From Eledone cirrhosa (Eukaryota), in assembly GCA_964016885.1 (NCBI GenBank), contig OZ024749.1, forward strand, positions 53,878,001 to 53,942,000: a stretch of 64,000 nt of DNA, read 5' to 3'. The stretch's first letter is position 1. Each line of letters opens with the position of its first letter. Shown here in pieces: positions 28,589 through 45,135 of the stretch. The notes beneath the pieces are model-generated. The model had not been told where the DNA came from, ran no database searches, and worked only from the letters and a program-made list of their open reading frames with translations. The translations under genes were made by a program, and so were the position numbers.

Positions 28589-28831
28589 TTGTACACACAC
28601 ACACTTATATATATATATATATATATGTATTTGTACACACACACACACACACACATACACACATATATATATATATATACAATCTGGTCTGACAGAAGTA
28701 ATATATGACAACAGAGAGGTGTCTGTATTCAGCCTATATCAATGACAATGGCATGGATTAGCTGGAGGTTTTGAGGTGACTTTTAAAGTTTTAACCTTCA
28801 GTGAATAACTTGACTGCTGATAAATATTTCA

Positions 28832-28883
<52 letters not shown>

Positions 28884-29530
28884 ATCTATCTATCTGTCTA
28901 TCTTTTTATCTCTCTCTCTCCCTCTCTCTCTCTCTCTCCCTCTCTCTCTCTTTCTCTCTCTCTCTCTATATATATATGTTTATCCCGGGTTCAATCGGGG
29001 GTAACCACAGTAAGTAAGGTACTCAATACATAGCAGAGTATAAATATTTAATATACAAAAAGCTTCTACAGGACTGGAACTGTTTCATTCGGGTGATAGT
29101 ATATAGGAAAAGAGTCATAACTCCGGTTTTGCGGCCGGAACTCAGCCTATTGCCCACTCTGCTACCCTAAGTATTGAGTACTCTGGTGTGTTATGGTCCA
29201 CCTGGTATCTTACCACACCTTCTTTGTTAAATATATATATATGTATTCCATCTACCTACCTACCCATCTATCCCCCTTTGTATTTGTCCCCTTCTTTTGT
29301 GCCCCTGTGGCTAATAAAGAAACATATCTATCTTTTTACATGATTGTATGTAAAATCCCTGGCATGTCTTTGTTTTGTCCCCTTTTCTTGTGCATCCTTG
29401 TGGCTAATAAAGAAATATATCTATCTATCCACCTATCTATCTATCTATCTAACTATCCCCACCTATCTATCTATCTATCTATCTATCTAACTATCCCCAC
29501 CTATCTATTTATCTATCTAACTATCCCCAC

Positions 29531-29573
<43 letters not shown>

Positions 29574-29929
29574 ACTATCCCCACCTATTTATCTATCTAT
29601 CTACCTATCTATCCAGAAATGTTTATTGGAGATGAAGGACTAATAAATTAGGATCAATAAGAGAGGGGGGGGGGGGGGGGGGAGGAGGGGTACAGGAGGC
29701 GGAAGAGGCAATAGAAATTAGCAGAAGGGGAGGAGAGAGAATGGTTAGGGTTAGGAAAGGCCTGCATGTTTAAAAATATAAATGGATGAAAGAAGGCAAC
29801 AACAGAGAAACACCATATAAATGAAGACATGCACACACGAATGCATATATATATATTTACAACACACACAAAAACAAGATGGCGTAGACAGAACAAAGGA
29901 GAGGCACAAAACAAAGAAAAGAATCCCCA

Positions 29930-29972
29930 GTCACTGAAGATGTCACAGAATGTGTGACGAAAGAACTTTGAC
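29930..29972 (+). ncRNA. Minimal type I hammerhead ribozyme motif, catalytic core intact
   Basis: GTCA-CTGAAGA-T-GTCACA gaatg TGTGAC-GAAA-GAAC-TT-TGAC: stem I GTCA/TGAC, 6-bp stem II, very short stem III. Confidence 0.7.
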
Positions 29973-30148
29973 AATATATGAACAACCGTCCGGTTATGGA
30001 ACCAACCAACCAGCCGGAAATTTATAAATTCTTAAATTTATAAATTTAATCTATAATAAATTGGAGTGAAAGCAACTGGTGCGTGTGTTTCTTATTGGCA
30101 ACATGACCCTCCCAAAGTATAACAATATCGGTTTCAACACACGTTTTC

Positions 30149-30182
<34 letters not shown>

Positions 30183-30265
30183 GTAAAAGGTAAACAGAAA
30201 TAACAACACAATTGGTACAGTATATGGAAGGGATTAAGTTAACGAATGATATAGCAGGAAGAAGG

Positions 30266-30301
30266 TTTTAACGTTTTGGACGCTAGTCCTTCATCAGAAG
30301 A
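30266..30301 (-). ncRNA. Minimal type I hammerhead motif with G12>A substitution
   Basis: Reverse strand reads TCTT-CTGATGA-A-GGAC tagc GTCC-AAAA-CG-TT-AAAA; same ~190 bp element as 55905-56095. Confidence 0.7.
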
Positions 30302-30544
30302 AAGAATAAGAAATAAGATATATAGAGGGGACGGGCGGGTTGGAATTTGAAAAAATGTCTTTAGATAAAAATAACAGGTCCATTCATGTTGACATCTCTT
30401 CCAAAACTGTTGGTGCTAGCGTTTATATATATATATATGCACTGCTCAAAGGCGATGACACATGACCCGGGTCTCTGGCGATACGCAGTAATACAGAAGA
30501 CCCGACTTCCCACGAGCACAAGCTGAAACATATATACAATATGC

Positions 30545-30768
30545 CCCACCCCGCCAGCCCACACTGTAAAGTGGACGTGTAAAAGACATGGCAAAAAGCA
30601 CCCAGCACACACTGTCAATGTGGTTGGCGTCAGGAAGGGCATCCAGGAATAGAAAACCAGCCAGAAACACTTCTATATGGGCGAGACACAGTCACCCAAC
30701 CCAACTTGGCTGTAAATGGGGCCCGTCTAACCCATGGAAGATAGATGTTAATTGATGATGATGATGAT
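30545..30768 (+). mobile_element. RTE-tailed SINE-like repeat (other copies 4314-4752, 43050-43210, 51390-51690, 52500-52720, 53905-54005, 63790-64000)
   Basis: CACACTGTAAAGTGGTTGGCGTCAGGAAGGGCATCC body with AACCCATG...GTTAAA(TGA)n tail, of the same type as the local RTE 3' end. Confidence 0.7.
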
Positions 30769-30843
30769 ATATATAAAATAATCTATCTATATACTATTAA
30801 GATGCATATATATAGGTATTATAGATACATATATCTAAGTCCA

Positions 30844-31096
30844 AAGTCTGTCTTAAGCCAGAAGGCTCATTAGGCTGTGAAGTGACTGAGAGTACAAGGC
30901 TCCCCCCTGGATAGGATGCCAGTCCATCGCAGGGTTAAACCTCCAGCTATTACTGGTACTCATTTTCAGTTGAGTATACTGGAGCAACGTGAAATGAAGT
31001 GTTTTACTCAAGAACACAACACACAACCCAGGAATTGAACCCACAACAGTATGATCTTATGTCCAACACCCTTACCACTAGGCCACGTGCCTCCAC
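30844..31096 (-). mobile_element. Full-length tRNA-derived CORE-type SINE (partial copies at 1-390, 1581-1736, 13570-13760, 49230-49350)
   Basis: A box TGGCCTAGTGG, B box GGTTCAATTCC, CORE-like TGTGTTCTTGAGTAAAACACTT, tail ending AGACTTT. Confidence 0.75.
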
Positions 31097-31326
31097 TATA
31101 TACATATATATACAGGTACCGTTTGACTATATATATCATCGTGGATTGGCAGTATCGGTAGAGGGTCGGACGCCATGCTTTCCAGCATAGTTACGTCCCT
31201 TTACGATCTGAGTTCAAATCCCGCCGAGGTTGACTTTGCCTTTCATCCTTACGGGGTCGATAAAATAAAGTACCAGTAATGCACTGGGTATTTGCTGGCC
31301 TTGTGCCTAAGGTAGAAACAATTATC

Positions 31327-31620
31327 ATTTTACGTCCGCTTTTTTTTCCCTGCTTGCAAGGGTTGGACGGGTCCTATTCAGCACAGCATCTCTCCACTTG
31401 TCACGGTCCTTCGTCATCTCCTCCGTGAGTTTCAGTGATCTGAGGTCTGTTCTCACCACCTCCGCCCATGTTTTTCGTGGTCTACCTCTATTGCGTCTTC
31501 CTTCTACTGGAATTTCTTGGCACTTCTTTACCCAGCGGTCATCCTCCATGTGCATCACATGTCCATACCATCTCAGCCTTCTCTCCTGCAAACCACAACT
31601 TATCCCTCTTATACCCAGTT
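31327..31620 (-). mobile_element. RTE LINE 3' fragment
   Basis: QERRLRWYGHV...GRPRKTW...KWR, the canonical RTE C-terminus, with its tail. Confidence 0.85.
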
Positions 31621-31664
31621 TTTATATATATATTTTATATATATATATAAATATATATATATAT

Positions 31665-31844
31665 AGTTATGTAATAAACAACATAAGATAATTATTTCAT
31701 TTACCAGTGGTTTCTTGAAGACAGATGTTTGTCTGTCTTCATTCATCAGAAGTTCTTGTGATGAATGAAGACAGACATAAGTATCTGTCTTCAAGAAACC
31801 ACTGGTAAATGAAATAATTATCTGATGTTGTTTATTACATAACT
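31665..31844. mobile_element. Fold-back element in (TA)n with paired hammerhead-like motifs (family C)
   Basis: ~85-bp arms; minus strand CTGATGA-A-TGAAGACAGA caaaca TCTGTCTTCA-A-GAAACC act GGTA. Confidence 0.7.
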
Positions 31845-31965
31845 ATATATATATATTGTTATACTTATTGGCAACATGACCCTCCCAAAGTATAACAATA
31901 TAACAACTTCGGTTTCAACACACGTTTTCAAATAAAGAATCTTGCTAAACAAATTCAGAAACGAA

Positions 31966-32000
<35 letters not shown>

Positions 32001-32117
32001 AAATATATATTTATTAAAATATTTTAATAAATATTTGCTCTAGGGTTCTTATATATTTGATATATATTTATCCTTATCGAGACCTCTTTGGATTTTAGTC
32101 TTCACATCTATTATTAT

Positions 32118-32175
<58 letters not shown>

Positions 32176-32999
32176 GTGTATATAATCAAGCGGTACCTGT
32201 ACCGGAGATAACAATAAGATTTCATTAACAGGTGTAAAGCTTCGTATTTATGTAAAAGTAAAGTGATAATGTGTAACATATATGTTCATAAGAAGACAGG
32301 TAAACAGCGAAGTTGTAGTTTATCTTAATATTCTGTTAAATAACACAGACTTGTTATATAATGGAAGAAGAAAATAATAATAGGACTTTAACAAACTAGT
32401 TCTCTTGTGCGATTCGTATTACACCTTAGTAGCTTGTTATCAACACGAACAACCCTCGAGGTAATTAGTAGTCATACAGCAGCTAGAATAAAACATAGTT
32501 ATTGTTATTCATTCGTTTTTACTCGATTTTATTATGAACTCTCCCACTGTCCCTGTCTATTGTCTCCTATATGTAGACCCCTGTGGCCAATAAAGAGATT
32601 TTTTTTTTATGTTTAATTTCTTAGATTGTGTTATAAATTTTATTTTATGCAAAATAACAAAGCAAACTCCACACTGTACAGTCCTGTGTCGTCTTTAATG
32701 TTTTCTTAATGTAAACCCTGTGTGGCTAATAAAGAAATCTATATTGTTGTTGTCGTTGTTATCATTATTATGAGTTCAAATCCCGCCGAGGTTATCTTTA
32801 CTTTTTATCCTTGCGGGGTTGATAAAATGAAGTACCAGTAATGCACTGGAGTCGACTTAATCGACTTTCCCCTCCCACAAAATTGCTGACCTTGTGCTTA
32901 AATCATCATCATTGTTATTATTATTAAAATGAAATTTGCAATCTATTATATTGAACGTAAGGTGAAAATGTTATTAATAGTAAGCAGTAAGTTACTACA

Positions 33000-33592
33000 G
33001 GGAGAAGGGGAGGGGAACTCATTAAAGCACCTGTCCTTAACAATACTATCGATATAGTCCGACTGCAATGTCTAGCGGCTACTGAACATAATCTGATATG
33101 TAATATATTTTAGTAGGAGACAAGACGGAGCACATATATATATAAATAATACGAAGACTCGGACAATTCTCATTAACGATTAATTAACGTAGCAAGTGCC
33201 CCCTCTGCAAGGTAGCACAGCCATTAGCCCCCAAAATTGTTATCATCGCATAAGTAGCACGTGACCTTGTCGACAACTAAACAACGACATTTAATAAAAG
33301 CCTTCGACTTGAGAAATTTTAAATGAAGTCTATCGATTGAAACAATCCATTTAGGTAAAGTACGTAATCATTCGGACAACTTCGTAAGATTCCGTTGAAT
33401 GACGACTTTTCAGTGACGGACCTTACCGAAGTAGTACTTCTAGCATCGAAGTCTAATTGGTTGAAAAAGCTCAGTGCTTGATAAAGTAATTACTACAGCA
33501 AGCTTATATCACTTCTGGAGAGATTCTCTGTCGTCGTGTAGCCAGAATTTAGGAAACTTGAACTCCATTACCACATTGTACATTTTTTAGAA
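33000..33592 (+). promoter_or_regulatory. Putative promoter/5' UTR of the beta-subunit gene
   Basis: Repeat-free, CpG-retaining stretch just upstream of the ATG; CACGTG E-box near 33258, inverted CCAAT (ATTGG) near 33456. Confidence 0.5.
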
Positions 33593-33725
33593 ATGGCTAG
33601 TTCTGATGTTGATCCGGCTTCTGCCCCTCGTCAAGTGGGCCTTCGACAAAGTTTGGATGAATTTTTAATATTTCTTTATAACCGTGATACTGGTGAGGTA
33701 TGTGGACGAACTGGTAAAAGCTGGG
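33593..33725 (+). CDS. ATP1B: Na+/K+-ATPase beta subunit, coding exon 1 (MASSDVD...FLYNRDTGEVCGRTGKSW)
   Basis: ATG at 33593; family motif F(L/I)YN..TGE..GRT..SW; donor G|GTACGT at 33726, phase 1. Confidence 0.95.
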
Positions 33726-34885
33726 GTACGTTACATTTTTCCGTTTTATTTCTGGTGAAAAAAAAATTTCAACTGTCTATTATTAAAAATCTTCCTTTTA
33801 TGTTAATTTTCGCATTATTTTTGTTATTATAAAATTGTTATATTTTTATATTTATCCAACGATCACTCATTGATAAATCGCTGTTGTGTGATTCGTAATT
33901 CCATCTCGCCGCACTAAGATTTGATGTATTAAATTTGAAAGTAGGTTTTTTTTTTTTTTTTGTTCTTTTTTATTCCCTATCCTCGTTCAGTTTATCAAAG
34001 ATCGTTCGAGCTCAGGTTGAAATTGAGTGAAAATAAAATATAAATTAGACTCCCTCATATTCCGTAACTCAACCTACATAGGAGAGTACGCTCAAATCTA
34101 TATGACCTTAATTAGGTAATTTTTGTTAAGAAATCGTCTCATGCTACACTGTTATATGTCATTGCTCCTTCCCTCGTCCCATTTAGTTTAACCTCTTGAC
34201 TTTTACTGAATATCATTGTATCTGTAGCACACTTCAAGTAGATGGATCTAGGGAAATTACTTAATTCTATATATATTACTCTTAAAACACTCATCTCCAC
34301 TTGTGTGGTATTCAATGAGCTCGCATCAATATATATATCTACAGCCTCTAGAGGTTGTATGTATTTCTAAATGTTTTACTCCCCCTCCACTGCGATGCAA
34401 TTTTAAAAAATACATAATTAAGAATAAACAAATATCTAAAATATCTTCGATTCATTAATAGAATATATATAGATATTATTCTAATAATTTATTTCGCCGA
34501 AAACGAGTGCCTGATTTTGAGGAAATTTCCTGTTGGTCTCGTTCTTTCGTAACCTTGACGCCTGCTGAAGCAAGCGAATGAAGGTGAAACAGATCGAAGC
34601 AGATTCTTGCTTTCACTTTACTCCGGACAGCTGATAATTAATATTTCTGTTATCTTTATAGAAATATACATATATATATTCTTATTAATTAATTAATTAG
34701 TAGATCAATGGTTGGTTATATTAACACAATAATTATTATTATTGATATTATCAATGTTATTTTCCAAGCAATCTCGTCATTCCTCATCGTTTATTTTAAT
34801 ATATTTTAATTAATTAACAATGTTGACATTATACTATTTAGGGTTTATTCGTTAAATTCCACTCGCCCCTAAATATGTATATACA

Positions 34886-34935
<50 letters not shown>

Positions 34936-36225
34936 TACATATATCTAAATGCATCATGTTTGTTTTGGTTTAATATTCCTGCAACACTGCAGTAGTAACT
35001 TTCCTACATATTTTATCTCACTGCCGTCCTTCCTCACATTAACCTTCTTTCTTTCCTTCCAAGATATTGTTTTCCTATTTGCCCCCTTTTTGATACTTCT
35101 ACTCCTTAACTGTCAACAATTGAACTTATATAATACATAACCTGTTACCCCTAAAATATGACAAAGGTCTTTTATTTTTTAATTAATTAAAAATAAAATA
35201 AAATAAACCTAACTGGAAAACAGATATTTGCGGTGATGGCTTGTAAGTCTTTCGCTAAAGCTCATGAATAAATCCTCTTTTCGATCGTTCATGTTGTTGC
35301 AATATGGATGAAATCAATATATTCCTTTTCCTTAACATTCCCCGCTTCTATTCATAGCTGGTTCGACTGTCTTTCGCAAGCTTTTCTTCATTCCGTTTAT
35401 TGATTTCTATCTAATGCGAGAAAAAAAAAAATCAAAAAAATTTCGCTCCTCGATCTTTCCTAAGCTTACTTGCTTTGTTTGCTTCATTTTGTTAAAGCTT
35501 CCTTTCTTTATATATTTAAATCGTTGTTAAACTGCGGGTAAAAAAAAAAAAAAGAAAGAAGAAAAGAATAAGAAAACCTTATAGTGAAATGTTGCTATAA
35601 TTAAATCAATGGATTTCTATTTCATGTAGTATTAGTAATTTATTTATATAGATTTCAGTCGGATATAGCTTCATCGCATAGCATCTATGTATAACTGACT
35701 GACTGTCAGAGCACTATACATAACATACATAGGTAACGTTACAAAACGAGTGAGCTAGATATATTTATGACCACAATTGTACAGGTTTTGTAGCCAGTAG
35801 ATAAATGACTATCTTAGCAGCAGGAGGAGCAACAAGCACCTTGTGTTTAATTCGATCTTGCGTAGCTCTGACGTAAATTTGATCATTTTTTCTCCCCTCT
35901 ATCTCATTTTTTCCCCCCGATTTAGAATTCCGATTGTTTAATTGCAGTAAAATATATCATTTCTCAGATAACGATATAAAGGATCGAATTCTTTCTTTAT
36001 TTGTGTGTATGTGTTAATTTCTTTCTTCTGTATGTGTCATTTTGAATTATTTTCTTGTTTTTAATTAGTTAACTTTTTGGCTGGTTTTCAAATAGTTTTA
36101 TATAAATAATTACAGTAGATATTTAAATAAACTAATTCTTTGTAGTGTATTCCATTCGTGTTAACGAAATCTTACCATATAACACACACACATCCCTCCC
36201 TCAATGACGTATTTTAAACATAATT

Positions 36226-36263
<38 letters not shown>

Positions 36264-36283
36264 CAATAAGAAGCGTGTACTGT

Positions 36284-36314
<31 letters not shown>

Positions 36315-36584
36315 TGTGTGTGTGTGTGGTGTCAACAAGGAATGTTCACGGAAAAGCAGTTATGTAAGCCGAACAGGCGACGACATTTGTAGACCTCGTT
36401 GGCCACTTTCTGAGTGCAATTTCGCACATTTGCATACAAGAAAGTGCCTGAAGACGTCTTACATAACTATTTCTCTGAGTGCATTTTTTGCCTATATTAT
36501 ATATATATATATATACACGCACACACACACACACATACACACACACACACATTGCGTGTACATAAGTGTTATCTCTATATATGA

Positions 36585-36616
<32 letters not shown>

Positions 36617-36980
36617 CAAATCGAGATGACAGTTAAGAGTTCTTTACAATTGTTTCAACACATCACTCAGGAAAATATATAGCTAGGATAGACACAATAG
36701 AAACAACAATAATAAAAACATAAGGAAAACTATGTATATAGTAAAGGTAGTAAGTGTAGTGAGAGATGTTTCTGTTGAGATGTCAAGGAACCAAAGTCAG
36801 TGAAAAGCCAGTACAGAAAGGGAAATCTGTTTTCAATTTCTTTAAAATGTAGGCTTCAATAGGCAGAATCAAGTAACTATATATCGGTTTCCTAGTTTCA
36901 TTTAGACTATCATTTATCTGAACATATTTACTTTTACTTACTTAAATATGGAATGTTACGCGATGCCCCCCCCCCCCCTC

Positions 36981-37180
36981 TCACACACAGCCCCGGCGGA
37001 CAGGATGGAGAAGGCGTTTCCCCCAGCGGACGGCAAGGGAGACGCGCTGGAAAAGCCAGTCCAACTTGCGGGGTTCACACATGCGGCTGGTCAGCTCAGC
37101 TCCTATGGTGGTGAGTAGAGAGGTAGCCCGAGGGCCGAGGGCACCAGAAGTCTCCACTGCCAGGGGTACATGTACTGGAT
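36981..37180 (-). mobile_element. CRE-like non-LTR retrotransposon 3' fragment (restriction-like endonuclease C-terminus)
   Basis: VPLAVETSGALGPRA..LL.....L....LDWLFQRVSLAVRWG matches P.AVET.G..G...QR.S.A..RGN; GC-rich island in intron 1. Confidence 0.7.
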
Positions 37181-37386
37181 TTGTGCTGACTGGGGTCAAC
37201 AGATTTATCTCTCACTACGTTTGATAGGTTCAATATAGCAGTATCATTCCTTGTTTTTATTTTATTTATTATTATTATTGATTTATTCTGTTTAGCAGGG
37301 TTTTGTATTCTACACGAGGATGTATTGAAACAATTGTAAGATATTAAATGCTTTAAGAACACTTAACTGGCATCTCGTTGATTTGT

Positions 37387-37421
<35 letters not shown>

Positions 37422-37692
37422 GCAGAGGTTATATTTAATTTGTTGGGATTCAACAAGCTTAAACATTTTTATAACTGATATAAAGCACTCAACAGATTAG
37501 TAGAGTAAATACACAATATATTAATAAATGGAAACTATATTTATAAAATAATTATGGTTTTATAAATATAGTTTCCATTTATTAATATATATATATATAT
37601 GTGTGTGTGTGTGTATAAATAAAAAGGTATAATATAAATGTTTTTAGATATCATTTCTGATATCCTTTCCAAGTAATTCTGTTTATCAGGCA

Positions 37693-42445
<4,753 letters not shown>

Positions 42446-42708
42446 TAAGGGCGGTGCCCCAGCATGGCCTCAGCCGTATGGCTGAAACAGGTAAAAGAGT
42501 AAAAGAGTATATATGAATATATTTGACCTAGTTTTACTTCATATCTGTTTAGGTCATTGTACTGGAAAGGTCAAATCTCCTGCCCACATTTCTGTTCTAG
42601 TAACTAGAAATGTTAAACAAATTTCAAAAGATCTGCTAATCGATTCTTTTTCAGTTAAATAAGTATTTAATAATCATTGTGGTGTAAGTATTAGCTGACA
42701 TTTTGATT

Positions 42709-42754
<46 letters not shown>

Positions 42755-44079
42755 GAAATATAAATAAATAATTGTTTCTACTTTAGGCACAAGGCCAGCA
42801 ATCAACCAGTGCATTACTGGTACTTTATTTTATCGACCCCGTAAGGATGAAAGACAAAGATATATATAATGTATGTATGTATGATAAAATTATATCTGTA
42901 TAAATTCAGTTTGTGTAACCAAGACTGCACCAATGTGTATAAATATATACTAATATATTTATACTCATTGGTGCAGTCTCAGTTACATACTCTGTATTTA
43001 TACAGATATAACGTTATCATACATTTCTGCTGCTAATACACTTCTCTGAGGTTGGTGTTAGGAAGGGTATCCAGCTGTAGAAACCAAGCTAAAATCACTT
43101 CTATATGTGCAAGACATGGTCACCTGACCTAGCATTGCCCACAACAGGACAACTTGTCTAACCCATGCTAGTGTGGAAAAAATTGACGTAAAATGGTGAT
43201 GATGATGATTATATATATATGTATTTATGTATATATATAGTTTTTAAAATGTAGTTGCTCTCTCCAACAGATTGGTTTATAGCAGATACTAGCAATAGTA
43301 TATTGTGTACTTTTGAATAACATAATGTCATTTCCACAACTTGAAAAGGTTGTAAGGAGATAAGCCAGAAATAATAGTTTTAAGTTATTGTTAACATATA
43401 TAATAGTGTAGGGAGCATTAAAACATTACCTGTCTCCAAATGACTATTTAAACATTTGTGAGAGTCACATATGTATAAAGCTTGTAAAACCAGTTTTAGA
43501 TTAGCTTAAATTCCAATTTAAAGGATCAATAAACCTTTATCTTGATCGTTATCAAGTCTTTTGTATATATATTTTTCCACATCTAACAAAACATTTTATT
43601 ATTTCATAAATTATGAAGAACATGGTTAACCCTTTAGTATTTACATCACTCTATATTTTCTATTGTATTTTCATAGTAAATGCTTTATCTCACATAATAT
43701 CGAATCTACGAGATTTTGATATTATTTATTTTGAGAACAATGTCTTAACATAAGTATGACTGGCTGGTTCGAACAGAAAGAGATGAGAGAATTCTGGCCA
43801 GATATGGCCAGTTTAAATGCTAAAAGGTGAAAGCTTTCTCCTTGCTTTTTGTTTTTTAAATGTTGAGAGAGGCTCTGTGCCAATAAACTTGACCTTTTGA
43901 AGAATGAAAGTCAACCATTGAAATTATTAACATTATCGCATTACTGAAGACCGACATTTTTGAGTTACTATGCCACTTTCCTGGCAAAGAAGGTGTAGAA
44001 TTGAAAGAGTTGTTAAACCATCAGATAGAACTCTTTACAGTATTATTTCTTGCTCTTTGCTGGAAGTGAGAAAGATACA

Positions 44080-45135
44080 TAGAGCAAGAATTGACTCCAG
44101 TACTGGACTGGTACTTTTTTTTTTTTATTGACCTCAAATGGATGAAAAGCAAAGTTGACCTTGGCAGGATTTGAACTCAGAATATAAAGGGCCATAAAAC
44201 ATTTTGTCCAAAACTGTACTGATTCTGCCAATCCTCTTTTTCTTTTTTTTTTTCCCGCCCAACAAACAGATCAGCCTTGTCCATTTGTGTATGACTCACA
44301 AAGAATCATGTCCTGTTGCTTCTTCCTGAGTTTATATCCTTGCATAGTTGACCTTGTCTTTCAAACTCCAAGGTCAACAAAATAAGAATTAGATGCAATC
44401 AAACTAAGTCACATTGTACACCTACAGTCAGACATAAAAGAACTGGTAATAGTCTAATTAAAGTATTAATGGTTTCTGATTGAGGCACAAGGCCAACAAT
44501 GTTTGGAGAGGGGAAAAGCCAATTAAATCGACCCCAGTACATACTGATACTTTATTTTATCGACTCTGTAAGGACGAAAGGCAAAGTTGAACTCAGAATG
44601 CTGAAAGTCATAAAGAAATACCACAAAGCACGTTGTTTGATGCTCTATCAATTCTGCCAATCCAAGACCCTTCCATAATAATGGTTTCTTATATAGACAC
44701 AAGGCCAGCAATTTGGGGGGAGGGGAAAGTCGATTAAATCGACCCCAGTACGTGACTGGTACTTTATTTTATCGACTCCGTAAGGATGAAAGGCAAAGTT
44801 AACCTCGGCGGGATTTGAGCTCAGATCATAAAGAGCCGTAACTCTATGCTGCAAAGCATGGCATCCGACCCTCTACCGATACTGCCAATCCACCGCCCTT
44901 CCATAATAATGAGACCCTTCCATAATAATGATGCTCTAATTTAGGCACAAAGCGATCAAATTTAGGAGAAGGGTAAAGTTGATTAAATCAAACCCTAGTA
45001 TTTAACTGGTACTTTATCTGATCAACCCTGGAGGCTGACAATGATGAGATTTGAACTCAGAATGTAAAAATCCAGAAGAGATACCACAATGACATTTTAT
45101 CTGATACTCTACCAATTCTGCCACTCCACCGCCAC
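44080..45135 (-). mobile_element. Cluster of four Nin-domain SINEs, same orientation
   Basis: Copies at 44080-44235, 44470-44665, 44684-44895, 44935-45135; CCCTTCCATAATAATG flanks the third copy. Confidence 0.8.
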
